In this document: piece after piece, positions 13,159 through 24,322 of the stretch | How positions within the stretch are numbered: position 1 is the first letter of the stretch | Layout: each line of letters opens with the position of its first letter | Assembly: GCA_963812015.1 (NCBI GenBank) | Contig: CAWETI010000003.1 | Span: 352,001 to 416,000, forward strand | Source: an uncultured delta proteobacterium | GTDB lineage: Bacteria > Desulfobacterota > Desulfobaccia > Desulfobaccales > 0-14-0-80-60-11 | Reading direction: 5' to 3' | DNA: 64,000 bases | Program-made: the position numbers and the translations under genes | Notes under the pieces: model-generated | Seen by the model: the letters and a program-made list of their open reading frames with translations, nothing else | What the model was told of the DNA's origin: nothing | Database searches by the model: none

Positions 13159-15078
13159 TTAGGTTTCTTCCAGACCGAGCACTTCAAAGACCTGGATAGG
13201 TTCTTTTCGACCCTTGACGACCCGAGTAGCCTGGCCGCCGGTCACCACGCCCGGAGCCGCCTCAATGGTACTCTGGCTGGCGACGATAGTCCAGCCCAAT
13301 TCTTTGGTCAAACCCTCCAGCCGGGAGGCGGTATTGACCGTATCGCCGATGGCCGTGAATTCCAGGCGCTTGGGGGAGCCGATGTTGCCGACAATGGCTT
13401 CACCGGTATGAATGCCGATGCCGATGGCAAAATCGGGAAGTTCTTGATCGGCAAAGCGCTGTTGCATCCAGGCGCGGAAGGCTTGGGCCTTTTGGGCCAG
13501 ACCCAGGGCGGCGCGCAAGGCCCGCCGGGCATGGTCCGGATAAAGCACCGGTGACCCAAAGACCGCCATCACGGCATCCCCGATGAATTTGTCCACCGTG
13601 CCGCCTTGGGTCAAGATCGGCTCACAGGCCTGGGCCAGATAGGTATTGAGCATTTCCACCACGGCCCGGGGGCCCAGGGACTCAGAAATGGTGGTGAAGT
13701 TGCGAATATCCGTAAAAAGGACCGTCACCTGGAAGCTGTCGCCGCCCAGGTCCGGGAGCCTTCCCGAAGCCAGGAGCTTGTCCACCACCTCGTCGGTGAC
13801 GTAGCGGCCGAAAATCTTGCGGATGCGGGCGCGTTCACGCTCCTCCCCGGTGAGCCTGAGGCCCAGGATGCCCACATAGCTCAACACCATGGCCAACTGC
13901 ACGTTGGCCGTGGGGAGGAGCCAATGGTGACGAAACAGGAGATAGGCGAAGGCCGCGACCAGCAGGCACAGGAGCCCGACCGCGGCCAAGCCCCGCCAGG
14001 AAGGCAGGCGGAAAAATAATCCACCCCCGACCAGAAGGGCGGCAATCAGGTAAAAGGCGCGGAGGTAGCCGGGAACCGGGCGGGGGAATTTCCCGGTCAG
14101 GAGGGTTTCCACGATATTGGCGTGGAGTTCCGGCCCGCTCATGTCGCTCCCCTGCCAGGGCCCCAGGCTCAGGGAATAAGGGGTGTAGTGAATATCCTGG
14201 AGGGCCGAAGGTTCATAAGCGATTATGACTACTTTATCTTTCAGTTTCCGAATCTCCGGGTCCTGCTCGGCGTCAGGACGGAGAAACCGGCCGAAGGAAA
14301 GGCGGGGAAAGGTATCCGGCGGCCCCGCAAAACCGATAACGGGAAGAGCCTTGAGGTTGGTGGCGGTGGAGTCACCGGTAGACCAGTTTTTGAGAGCGGG
14401 ATCATGCCGCAGGCGCCGGATGACCTCGACCGGATCCTGCCCGGAGGCCCGGGCCGCCAGAAGTTTGGCAAAGGTAAGCATGACCTGGCCATCAGCATCG
14501 GCCATGGCGGGCACATAGTGGCGCACCACCCCGTCGCCTTCGGTGTAAAAATTCACCAGTCCCACGTCATAAACCCCCCGGGGCAGGGAGGCAAAATAGT
14601 TCGGAAGGGGAAGGGTGAACTTGCTTTTCTGCTGCTGGTCGATGCCCAGGTTGGCGGCCATGATCACTTGACCGGAAGCCAGTTGCCGCTTGAAGGTTTC
14701 ATCATACTTCAGGCCCTGGTGGTGTTGGGGCAAATCAAGCTTTTTGAGCCAGTCTTCGATGCTGACATAATAGAGATAATCCAGCCCGATGATCCTGGCC
14801 CCGACCTGCCGCAGGACTTGCACGACCCGGGCAAAGTGGGGAGTCCAGCTTACCAGCGGTTCGTCCGGGTGCGCCGCCAGGGTCTGATCATCCAGAGACA
14901 CGATAACGACATGCTCCGGCGTATATCTGAGTCCGGCCAACTGATGCCAGAGGTCAGTGTAGATAGTTTCGGGCTTTTCCAGCCAGCCGGCCCAGGTCAG
15001 GCTTTGCACGGCGGCGCCCACCAAGATCAGCAAGATGACCGGATGGAGGAACGACCTTTTGGGGCGGAAGGTTTTCAT
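13159..15078 (-). CDS. CHASE2-domain adenylate/guanylate cyclase (class III)
   Basis: TVLFTDIRNFT, VDKFIGDAVMA, FTAIGDTVNTASRLEG; N-terminal CHASE2 and three TM helices. Confidence 0.95.
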   Translation of the reverse strand: MKTFRPKRSFLHPVILLILVGAAVQSLTWAGWLEKPETIYTDLWHQLAGLRYTPEHVVIVSLDDQTLAAHPDEPLVSWTPHFARVVQVLRQVGARIIGLDYLYYVSIEDWLKKLDLPQHHQGLKYDETFKRQLASGQVIMAANLGIDQQQKSKFTLPLPNYFASLPRGVYDVGLVNFYTEGDGVVRHYVPAMADADGQVMLTFAKLLAARASGQDPVEVIRRLRHDPALKNWSTGDSTATNLKALPVIGFAGPPDTFPRLSFGRFLRPDAEQDPEIRKLKDKVVIIAYEPSALQDIHYTPYSLSLGPWQGSDMSGPELHANIVETLLTGKFPRPVPGYLRAFYLIAALLVGGGLFFRLPSWRGLAAVGLLCLLVAAFAYLLFRHHWLLPTANVQLAMVLSYVGILGLRLTGEERERARIRKIFGRYVTDEVVDKLLASGRLPDLGGDSFQVTVLFTDIRNFTTISESLGPRAVVEMLNTYLAQACEPILTQGGTVDKFIGDAVMAVFGSPVLYPDHARRALRAALGLAQKAQAFRAWMQQRFADQELPDFAIGIGIHTGEAIVGNIGSPKRLEFTAIGDTVNTASRLEGLTKELGWTIVASQSTIEAAPGVVTGGQATRVVKGRKEPIQVFEVLGLEET

Positions 15079-15467
15079 GGGCTTAGGGGGATAGGTCGGT
15101 AAAAGATGACCACCTCATTAAATGGATCCAGCCAGGTGCGAACTTTCTTAAGAAAAAGAGGGCCAGGTTGGTCTGCAATCAAGAAACTTGCGGCATAATT
15201 TCACTTTTTGCCATTGTAGACCGATTACGGATAAAATTCACGCTCGCAGTTGATTGATTTAGTGATAAGAAGGGGGGGACCGGCAGGGGGCCGCCCCCGG
15301 TGGGGCAACGCCCGGGGCCCCTGCGTTGACCCCTTGATATTTCTGACTATTTTCCGCCGTTCAGGTTAACGGACTCTACCGGGGCGGGTCTAAATCTATC
15401 GAGAGCTTCGTTTGGCAGTGGCCGGATGGAGAATCTTATCAAACTTTGCCGTCGGAGGGAGCAGTCC

Positions 15468-17855
15468 ATGGTCAAGTCGTTCCGCACCCTTGGCGCCGTG
15501 CTGGCTCTATTGGTGAGCGGTTTGTTAACCACGGCCTTTGTCCCCGGAGAAAAAGCCGGAGATTACGGTCCATCAGGCGGGGCGGACAAGACCCTGGCGC
15601 CATACTTCGTGGTGCTGAGCGACGACCCGAAAGTGGATGCCTTACCCCTCAAAAGCACCCGGGCCGACGTGAAGATCGCCGGAGTGGTGGCCGAGGTCAA
15701 GATAACCCAAGTCTATCGCAATACCGGCAAGAAGACTTTGGAGGCCATCTATGTCTTCCCGGGGTCTACCCGGGCGGCGGTTAACGCCATGCGCATGACC
15801 ATCGGGGACCGGGTGGTGGACGCCAAGATCATGGAGCGAGAAAAGGCCAGGGAAACCTACGAGCAGGCGAAAAAGGAGGGGAAGACCACCTCCCTCCTGG
15901 AACAGCAGCGGCCCAACGTTTTTCAGATGAACGTGGCCAATATCCTGCCCGGAGATGAGATCAAGGTGGAGCTCAAGTATATGGAACTTCTGACCCCGGA
16001 AGACCATATCTATGAGTTCGTCTACCCGACGGTGGTGGGGCCCCGGTACACGACCAAGACGGCGGAAGGGGCAGTGGATACCGACAAGTGGGTGCAGAAC
16101 CCCTACCTGCATGAGGGGCAGGCCCCGCCCTATACCTTCGGCCTTGCGGTTGAACTCTCGAGCGGGGTGCCCATCGCCAGCGTGACCAGCCCCAGCCATG
16201 AGGTGGAGATCAAATACGCCGGGAAGACTTCGGCCCAGATAAAACTCAAAAACGAGGAGACCGGGGGCAACAAAGACTTTGTGCTGCGATACGCCCTGGC
16301 GGGGGGCAAGATCGAAACGGGCCTATTGCTCTATCCCGGCCAGGAGGAAAACTTTTTCATGCTGATGATGGAGCCGCCGGCCCGGGTCAAAGCCGACGCG
16401 GTCTTGCCCCGGGAGTATATTTTCATCGTCGATATCTCCGGCTCCATGTACGGTTTCCCCCTGGACACCGCCAAGGCCCTGATGCAAAATATTATCAAAG
16501 ACCTGAAACCCCAGGATTTTATGAACGTGGTGCTGTTTGCCAGCGGTTCGTCAACGCTGTCTCCGGCCGGGTCTTTGCCGGCCAATGAGGCCAACAAACA
16601 AAAGGCCCTGGCCTTTATCCATTCCCGGCCCGGGGGCGGCGGCACCAATATCGTGCCGGCCTTGGATCAGGCGCTGGGGCTCCCCCGGACCGAGGGGGTC
16701 TCCCGGATCGTGGCGGTGGCGACCGACGGCTACGTGGATGTGGAACCCCGGGTCTTTCAGTTGATCCGGGACCACCTGGGGGCCGCCAATCTTTTTGCCT
16801 TCGGCATCGGCACCTCGGTGAACCGGCACCTCATTGAGGGGATGGCCCGGGCCGGCATGGGAGAGACTTTTGTGGTGCTCAACGCCGGCGAGGCGGCCAA
16901 ACAGGCGGCGAGATTTCGCCAGTACATCGCCAACCCGGTGCTCACGGACATCAAGGTTGCCTATGAGGGCTTCTCGACCTACGAGGTGGAACCCGTGGCC
17001 GTGCCCGACCTCTTTGCCATGAGACCCCTCACCATCCTGGGGAAATACCGGGGCAACCCCACGGGAGCCATCGTGGTGAAGGGCAAAACGGCCCAGGGTC
17101 CCTATGAGCACCGCATCAAACTGGAAGAGGCCCGGGCCGGCTCCGAGAACGCGGCGCTGCGGCTGCTCTGGGCCCGGCAACGGATCATGAACCTGGTGGA
17201 TTTCAGCCAGTTTGACCGGGGTAACCAGGAGGTGGTGAAGGAGGTTACCGCGCTGGGACTCAAATATAGTCTCATGACTCCTTACACCTCATTCGTGGCG
17301 GTGGACCAAGTCAAGCGGGCCGACGGCCAGGTGGTCACGGTGAAGCAGCCCTTGCCCCTGCCGGAAGGGGTTTCGGACCTGGCCGTGGGGGGCGGGGTGT
17401 CAAAGATGGCCATGATGCCCGCGTCGCCATCTAGCCCAGGGCTCGCAGATGAGAGGCTGGGATATATGGGCGGGGGGCGGAAGGCAAAAGTCGGTCCCCA
17501 TGGCGGAGGGTCGACCGCGGCGGAGCCTGGAGTTTCGGTTACGGTCAAGGACGTCCAGGTCAAGGGCGGCCTGACCCCGGCCGCGGTGCAAAAGGCCCTG
17601 GAAGACGAGTTGGCGAAGCTGACGCAATGCTGTCAAGACGCCGCCAAAGCCGGTTTGAAGCTGCCAGCGGAGATTACGGTGACCTTTACCATCGGCACTG
17701 ACGGGAAAATTACCGAAGAGCCCAAGGTTACCCTGGCGGCACCGCAGAAGAGCCTGGAAAAATGTCTGGCGACGGCCCTTCAAGGGATACAGTTTCCTCA
17801 GCCCCAGCCGGCGGCCGTGCCGGTGACCGTAACCCTTAGCCTGACCGGGAAATAA
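15468..17855 (+). CDS. VIT + von Willebrand A domain exported protein with AgmX/TonB-C-like tail
   Basis: LEAIYVFP (VIT), IFIVDISGSM MIDAS, GGGTN, TDG, TPYTSFVAVD. Confidence 0.9.
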   Translation: MVKSFRTLGAVLALLVSGLLTTAFVPGEKAGDYGPSGGADKTLAPYFVVLSDDPKVDALPLKSTRADVKIAGVVAEVKITQVYRNTGKKTLEAIYVFPGSTRAAVNAMRMTIGDRVVDAKIMEREKARETYEQAKKEGKTTSLLEQQRPNVFQMNVANILPGDEIKVELKYMELLTPEDHIYEFVYPTVVGPRYTTKTAEGAVDTDKWVQNPYLHEGQAPPYTFGLAVELSSGVPIASVTSPSHEVEIKYAGKTSAQIKLKNEETGGNKDFVLRYALAGGKIETGLLLYPGQEENFFMLMMEPPARVKADAVLPREYIFIVDISGSMYGFPLDTAKALMQNIIKDLKPQDFMNVVLFASGSSTLSPAGSLPANEANKQKALAFIHSRPGGGGTNIVPALDQALGLPRTEGVSRIVAVATDGYVDVEPRVFQLIRDHLGAANLFAFGIGTSVNRHLIEGMARAGMGETFVVLNAGEAAKQAARFRQYIANPVLTDIKVAYEGFSTYEVEPVAVPDLFAMRPLTILGKYRGNPTGAIVVKGKTAQGPYEHRIKLEEARAGSENAALRLLWARQRIMNLVDFSQFDRGNQEVVKEVTALGLKYSLMTPYTSFVAVDQVKRADGQVVTVKQPLPLPEGVSDLAVGGGVSKMAMMPASPSSPGLADERLGYMGGGRKAKVGPHGGGSTAAEPGVSVTVKDVQVKGGLTPAAVQKALEDELAKLTQCCQDAAKAGLKLPAEITVTFTIGTDGKITEEPKVTLAAPQKSLEKCLATALQGIQFPQPQPAAVPVTVTLSLTGK

Positions 17856-17891
17856 CGGCAATTTTCATTTTTCATTTTTTTCATAAAGAAC

Positions 17892-17925
17892 CAGGACCCG
17901 GGGCAGGGAGATTCCCCGGGTCCTG
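17892..17925. terminator. Hairpin between convergent genes
   Basis: CAGGACCCGGGG...CCCCGGGTCCTG. Confidence 0.55.
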
Positions 17926-17927
17926 CC

Positions 17928-18644
17928 TCAGGGCAGCGTCCGCACCAGTTTTCCCCCCTTTAACAGGATCAGGGAAGGTTCATCCATGAGGGCCACCCGG
18001 GTTTTGCCCTGGCGGTCAAACAAGCCCAGGGCGGCCTTCTTATCATCCTTCAACCCCAGAACCAGCCGGGTAGCGCCATCTTTGCCATACAGATTGAGAC
18101 TTCGATCCCCGTTCTTTTTGCCGATCAGATCCAGGGCGGGTTTCTGGCCGGCCCCGTAAAAGATGAGATGCGGGTCGTCCTGGTGGTTCAGTCCCAGGGT
18201 GATGATCCGGTTGCCTTGATCGTAGAGGTTGACGGCCGGATCGCCGTTTTTCTGCACCTCGAGCCCCAGTCGCAGTTTTCCCTGATGGAATAAAGCAATA
18301 CTCCGAGAACCCTGGGGGGTGCTCTGGATCACCACGGCTCCCTGGCCCTGGTCGCCGCCCAGATCAAGGCGGGCCCCCCCCTGGGGGTCGGCGGCGAGGC
18401 TCACCTGGGGCGCGGCGGCGTCCGGGGAAAAGAGGGCCAGCCGGGCTAATCCCTGGTCATCGACGCTTAGGCGGCCGCGTTGGCGGCCGGCCTGATCCAC
18501 GAGCTGAAAGTGTTCGGCCCGCAAGACCGCGGGGGCCTGGGAAACCTGGGGCGTGGCGAGGCGGCCTCCCAGGAAACCGGCCAGGAGGCCCACTGCCGCC
18601 GAGATTATCCCGGAGATCAGGATCAGACGATACTGACGTTCCAT
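17928..18644 (-). CDS. Membrane-anchored hypothetical protein with beta-strand repeats
   Basis: N-terminal TM; recurring L-x-L-(F/Y)-D-xx-G-xx-R units; GGAGG RBS. Confidence 0.75.
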   Translation of the reverse strand: MERQYRLILISGIISAAVGLLAGFLGGRLATPQVSQAPAVLRAEHFQLVDQAGRQRGRLSVDDQGLARLALFSPDAAAPQVSLAADPQGGARLDLGGDQGQGAVVIQSTPQGSRSIALFHQGKLRLGLEVQKNGDPAVNLYDQGNRIITLGLNHQDDPHLIFYGAGQKPALDLIGKKNGDRSLNLYGKDGATRLVLGLKDDKKAALGLFDRQGKTRVALMDEPSLILLKGGKLVRTLP

Positions 18645-18680
18645 GATGCTCCTCCCTGCAAAATTAGCCAGGCGACCTGA

Positions 18681-18920
18681 TCACGGCAGAGCCACCAGGG
18701 GAGCGTGGGTCCCACGGTAGGGCCGGCCGTTGATCCGGTCGATGACGATGTGGGTGGCCAGGAAATTCGCCGGGTCCACCCGTCCCTGGATGGTGACGGC
18801 CCGGATCTTGGGGCCGGTGTCGGGGTCGAGGACGGCGCGGCGGGCCTGGGCGAGGCCGGAGAAGGCGAGGAAGATGGCGGTCACCAGGCACAGCAGGCCG
18901 GAAAACTTCCTGAAGGTCAC
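18681..18920 (-). CDS. Small exported hypothetical protein
   Basis: GTG start with AGGAGG RBS; signal peptide ending AQA; upstream of 17928-18644 on same strand. Confidence 0.6.
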   Translation of the reverse strand: MTFRKFSGLLCLVTAIFLAFSGLAQARRAVLDPDTGPKIRAVTIQGRVDPANFLATHIVIDRINGRPYRGTHAPLVALP

Positions 18921-19146
18921 GGGAACCTCCTGGGAGGCAATTTAGGCAAAGTCAATATACCTTAGCAATCCCGGCGGAAAAATTCAATGGGCCGGGGGGT
19001 CGTGGGGATGGTTTGGTCTATGCCGCTGATCCGGATAAGGAAATCAGGAATAGTGCGTCAGGCGGGTTTTTTTTATTGACCAAGCCAGAGAGGAGCTGAC
19101 CGATGATCGTGATCCACATCCTCACCTTGGCTCAAGAGATCGGCTC

Positions 19147-19437
19147 CGGGGCACCCTGATCCATGATTATTCCACCGACGCCAACGGCCTCATCAGCCGG
19201 GCCAACATCATTGTGGGCACCACCCACAACGTGGCCCCCATGAACATGAGCATCCGGCAGGTGGCGGACCAGGTCATCCAAAAGGGCGTGGTCACCGAGG
19301 AGGGCTTGAATAAGGTGGAGATGGCGGTGCGGGCCTACGACCCGTGACTGAGCTGCGCCACCCACCGCCTGGATGGCGGCCGCACCGTAGAGATCGAGAT
19401 TTATGACGCCCGGGGGGAGTTGATCACCAGGGCTTAG
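19147..19437 (+). pseudogene. C-terminal fragment of a selenocysteine-containing MvhA/VhuA-type [NiFeSe] hydrogenase large subunit
   Basis: Own translation: RGTLIHDYSTDANGLISRANIIVGTTHN...VEMAVRAYDP-UGA-LSCATHRLDG...; UGA at 19345-19347 replaces the first Cys of DPCxxCxxH; no in-frame start upstream. Confidence 0.85.
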
Positions 19438-19559
19438 CGGAAGCTGTGCATAGCTGAGGGAGGGGGAGGGGCTTTTCCGCTTTTCGGAAGTGTGACCCCT
19501 CACCCCCCCTCACCCTGACCCTTGTATGTTAAAGGGAACCGGTACATAGTTTAGTCATT

Positions 19560-20692
<1,133 letters not shown>

Positions 20693-20794
20693 CATCTAAC
20701 ACAGTCGCTCTCCCCCCGCTGGGGGGAGAGGGGAAAAGGAAGGAACCTTTGGCGAGGGTCACTTACAAAAATCCCCCGCCCGCCTCGCATTTTT

Positions 20795-21118
20795 CTATTC
20801 CCTCACCAGGGGAAACCCTGCCTCTTGCCAGGCGGCCACCCCTCCTCGGAGGGCCTTGGCGTTGGGGTATCCCGCCTGGATCAACATGGCCGCCTGACCG
20901 GCGGCGGAGCCTTCATTGGGTCAGGCGCAATAGAACACGACTTCCCGGTCTTTGGGTAGGGCGGGCAGGAGGGATTTGAACTCCCTTAAAGAGAGGGCGC
21001 CCTCCAGGTGGACCTGCCGGAACCTGTCGTCGCTATCATAGGCACAGACCAGAAGGGTTTCTCCTGACCGCACCTTGGGATATATCTCCTTCGGGGTGAT
21101 GCGGAGCGGTTCGTTCAT
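20795..21118 (-). CDS. Rhodanese-domain selenoprotein (CxU)
   Basis: Reading through UGA 20921-20923 gives VVFYCA-U-PNEGSAAGQAAMLIQAGYPNAKALRGGVAAWQEAGFPLVRE; SECIS-like hairpin; AAGGAG RBS. Confidence 0.88.
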
Positions 21119-21256
21119 GAGCTTTCTCCTTGGGAGCCGATTTAACGGCACGGCTTCATGGATAAAGCTAAGGAGAAAAGTCCGGAAATCAAGTCAGCGC
21201 CCGGGGGGCCAGGGCAGTGGCGCCCTCTGGAGCTCTCCGCCAGGAGCAGATGCAGT

Positions 21257-21718
21257 CTAGTCCAAGGCGGAGCCCGGGGCTAACTCCGAGGTGCAGTGGG
21301 GGCAGCGGGTGGCCTTGAGGGGGACCTCGGACAGGCAATAGGGGCACTCCCGGGTGGCGGCCGACGGTGCTTCCTTGGCCCGCTGCAATCGGTTGATCCC
21401 CCGGATCAGGAAAAACACCGCAAAGGCGACGATGACGAAACTGACGATGGTATTGATGAACACCCCGAGGTTGAGGGTGACCGCGCCGGCGGCCTGGGCC
21501 GCAGTCAGGGAGGCATAGGGACCCTCAACTTTGCCGGCCTTGAGGAGCAGGAAGAGGTTGGAGAAATCGACGTTCCCCAGGAGCAGGCCGATGGGCGGCA
21601 TGATGACGTCGGCTACCAGGGACTTGATCACGGCCCCGAAGGCTGCCCCGATGACGATGCCCACGGCCATGTCCACCACGTTGCCCCGCATGGCGAATTC
21701 CTTGAAATCTTTTAACAT
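21257..21718 (-). CDS. mscL: Large-conductance mechanosensitive channel with C-terminal zinc ribbon
   Basis: [32 protein letters not shown]...CPHC tail. Confidence 0.95.
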   Translation of the reverse strand: MLKDFKEFAMRGNVVDMAVGIVIGAAFGAVIKSLVADVIMPPIGLLLGNVDFSNLFLLLKAGKVEGPYASLTAAQAAGAVTLNLGVFINTIVSFVIVAFAVFFLIRGINRLQRAKEAPSAATRECPYCLSEVPLKATRCPHCTSELAPGSALD

Positions 21719-22125
21719 ATCACCCTCCTGTAGTGAGAAACTCCCCTTTAAAACTGCGTGGTTAAGGTGCTTTCCCGAAGGTTTAGGTATTGAATCATTT
21801 TTGCAGCATGAATTAAACAAAAATTTCCTTGTTCCTGAGTGCTCTCCGGGGGGCGGGCATTGCGGCCCCTCTTGATCCAGCCAGCCCTATGGTCGGGGGC
21901 CACCTGGGCGGGTCTGAAATTTTTGACCCCAATCTCCGGCAGACCGGCTAGCGGGAAAAAAATGGAGGGCAGGCCCTTGCTTTTCCTATGAGAGTAACTA
22001 TTACTAAAAAGTAAGAATTATCTAACAAATTAAACCGCCGCTGGGCGGGGCCAGCCGGGCCAAGGCCCGGAGTGGATATCTTGACGGGAAAAATCCCGCC
22101 AATCAAAGGGCAAAGGAGATTGAGC

Positions 22126-22290
22126 ATGGGAAGCTGTAGCTGTGGTTGCAAATCAAAAGCTGAAAAAAAGGATAACCCCGGGGTCGAAAAGAAGGGGTAT
22201 ATCTGTTATCAATGCAACACCTTCAAAGAGGCGTCGCCTGAGGCGCCGGCGCCGGAATGTTGTGGCAAAAAGATGCAGGAGATGGGTTAA
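22126..22290 (+). CDS. Small Cys-rich, desulforedoxin-like protein
   Basis: AAGGAG RBS; MGSCSCGC...YICYQC...CCGKKM. Confidence 0.65.
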   Translation: MGSCSCGCKSKAEKKDNPGVEKKGYICYQCNTFKEASPEAPAPECCGKKMQEMG

Positions 22291-22474
22291 CCCTTCCGAG
22301 AGCCGGCATGACCTGCCGGCCTGGTAGTGGTTCTGCCAAAGTCTGAAATTGAGGGGATAGGGGTTGTACGGGCCCTATCCCCTGCTCGTCACACCCGTTG
22401 ACGGTGGAGAGCTTTCGGGATGACGTCAGAAATGATAAAATATTTGTGGAAGTGTATCAGCGACGGAGGATGAG

Positions 22475-22696
22475 ATGTCCAAACCTGAAGAAATGTGGCA
22501 GTGTCAGATGACCAACTGCGGCTATATCTATGACCCGGCCCACGGGGACAAGAAAGGCAAGATCCCCAAGGGGACCCGGTTCGAGGACCTGCCGGACGAC
22601 TGGAAGTGTCCGTGCTGCGGAGCAAGTAAAGCTATGTTCAAGCCGCTGGCCGGGCCGGGTTCGGTGGCGGCAGAGCCGGTCAAGTGCGCCAAGTAA
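22475..22696 (+). CDS. Rubredoxin
   Basis: [14 protein letters not shown]...[20 protein letters not shown]. Confidence 0.93.
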   Translation: MSKPEEMWQCQMTNCGYIYDPAHGDKKGKIPKGTRFEDLPDDWKCPCCGASKAMFKPLAGPGSVAAEPVKCAK

Positions 22697-22868
22697 CCGG
22701 CGACAGAACCGGGTCCGGGCCAGGGATCGATATGGGCAGCCCCCCAACTGATTCTCCCCAGGCCCATAATACGGTGTTCAATTTTCGGTAAAAATACCTA
22801 AGCAGTGTCAATAACAAGTTAAGCGGGTTGGATTTAAAAGGGAAAATAGTATACAGGAGGCCAAGGCC

Positions 22869-23042
22869 ATGACTACCCCGGAAGAAAAAATCTATTGGAA
22901 GTGTACCAAATGCGGCTTCACCCTGGCGGAGAGCAAACCCCCGGAGGTCTGCCCGGAGTGCAAGGAGACCTGTGAATTCAAGAATGTGACCTGCTATTTG
23001 CCGGAATGCGGTGGGATCGGAAATATGGATCCTCGACTGTAG
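22869..23042 (+). CDS. Small rubredoxin-like protein (57 aa, absent from ORF track)
   Basis: AGGAGG RBS; MTTPEEKIYWKCTKCGFTLAESKPPEVCPECKETCEFKNVTCYLPECGGIGNMDPRL. Confidence 0.85.
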   Translation: MTTPEEKIYWKCTKCGFTLAESKPPEVCPECKETCEFKNVTCYLPECGGIGNMDPRL

Positions 23043-23340
23043 AGGGGTCGCAGTGAATCGGTGAGGCAATCTTCCCCGGCGGGGAGTCCCGGCGTCGGGT
23101 TGTTTTTAGGGGCGCGGTCTCGGCCGCGGGCAAGCCCGGCGGTTGGAGGGCGAGCGCCATTGACCGCATTTTTACCCCAACCCCCGGGGAGCCAGCCCCG
23201 GCGCTGGCCACCGGCTGACTTCCAAGGCTCGCCCCCCTTTATACCAGTTTCCCCTTAAAAAACGACATATTGTCGGGGCGGAGCCGATTGTCCGCCCGGG
23301 GTGAGCGCACCCAAGGGTGCGCCCCGACGGGAAAAAGGTA

Positions 23341-23844
23341 TTAAAGGAGCGATTTAACCATCTTTTCGAATTCCTCCTTGCTCCGGGCCCCCAGGATTTT
23401 GTGGACAATGTTGCCCTGCCGATCAATGATGAAGGTCATGGGCACCAGCTCGACGCCGCCGTAGGCTTTGCTCACCGCGTCATTGCCTTCCAGCACCGGA
23501 TAAGCCAGGCCCAACTGGGAAACGAGTTGCTTGAGCTGCTCGGGGGTGGAGGACAGGGCAATCCCCAGGGTCTGGAAGCCTTTCCCCCGGAGTTCCTGGT
23601 TCATCTGGTTCAGATGGGGCATCTCCTGCCGGCACGGACCGCAAAAAAAGGTGAAAAAGTTGAGCAACACCACCTTGCCCTTGAACTGGCTCAGGCTGTA
23701 GTTATTGCCATCCTGGACGGATTTCAAAGTAAAGTCAGGGGCGCTGCCGGCGGCCCACCCCGAGGTGGCCGCAGTCACGAGGAAGAGAACCGCAATCAGC
23801 ATTAACAAGGATCTCGCCGGACCCACCGTGGTCTTCGTCTTCAT
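23341..23844 (-). CDS. TlpA/ResA-like thiol-disulfide oxidoreductase
   Basis: APDFTL...KGKVVLLNFFTFFCGPCRQEMPHL; signal peptide; AAGGAG RBS. Confidence 0.9.
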   Translation of the reverse strand: MKTKTTVGPARSLLMLIAVLFLVTAATSGWAAGSAPDFTLKSVQDGNNYSLSQFKGKVVLLNFFTFFCGPCRQEMPHLNQMNQELRGKGFQTLGIALSSTPEQLKQLVSQLGLAYPVLEGNDAVSKAYGGVELVPMTFIIDRQGNIVHKILGARSKEEFEKMVKSLL

Positions 23845-24060
23845 GCATATCTCCTTGGTTTGGAATGGTCTCAAGTTTTCTTTAATCCCTGATAATATAT
23901 ATCCGAAAAAACGCCGCGCCACTACGCCACCGGGTGATTATTTTTAGGCAGGGGTGGCCTTGATTATGCTCCAGGGTCATGCAGTAGGGCCTTAACCTGG
24001 TTACCGGGTGATACTGACTGGCGCTCATAGTAGTAAGAAAATCCTGATATGTCAGAGCAC

Positions 24061-24228
24061 GTTGCCGTCAAACAAGTAATAATCAGCATTGTAGGGGCGG
24101 TTCGCGAACCGCCCCTACAGGGGTTGCTATCATAAAGTCATCATTACCTTTTTGACGGCAACTTGGTATCAGGGGCTCAGCTGCGTGTCCGTCTAAAAAC
24201 GAGGGCGGACACATGGGTCCGCCCCTAC
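24061..24228. repeat. TIR-bounded element containing a GTAG-type REP, plus an adjacent REP
   Basis: GTTGCCGTCAAA...TTTGACGGCAAC around GTAGGGGCGGTTCGCGAACCGCCCCTAC (24091-24118); REP at 24203-24228. Confidence 0.7.
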
Positions 24229-24322
24229 AAGAAATAACTTGCCGCAATGAGCGCAACCTGGCATGAGTTGCCGCCCTCAGGGAGGAGGGGGCAGCGGGAA
24301 GGGGCCTCAGCGGGCCTGAGGA

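Noticed and set aside
19132..19503. Minus-strand 123-aa ORF
   Set aside because: Antisense shadow of the plus-strand hydrogenase fragment.
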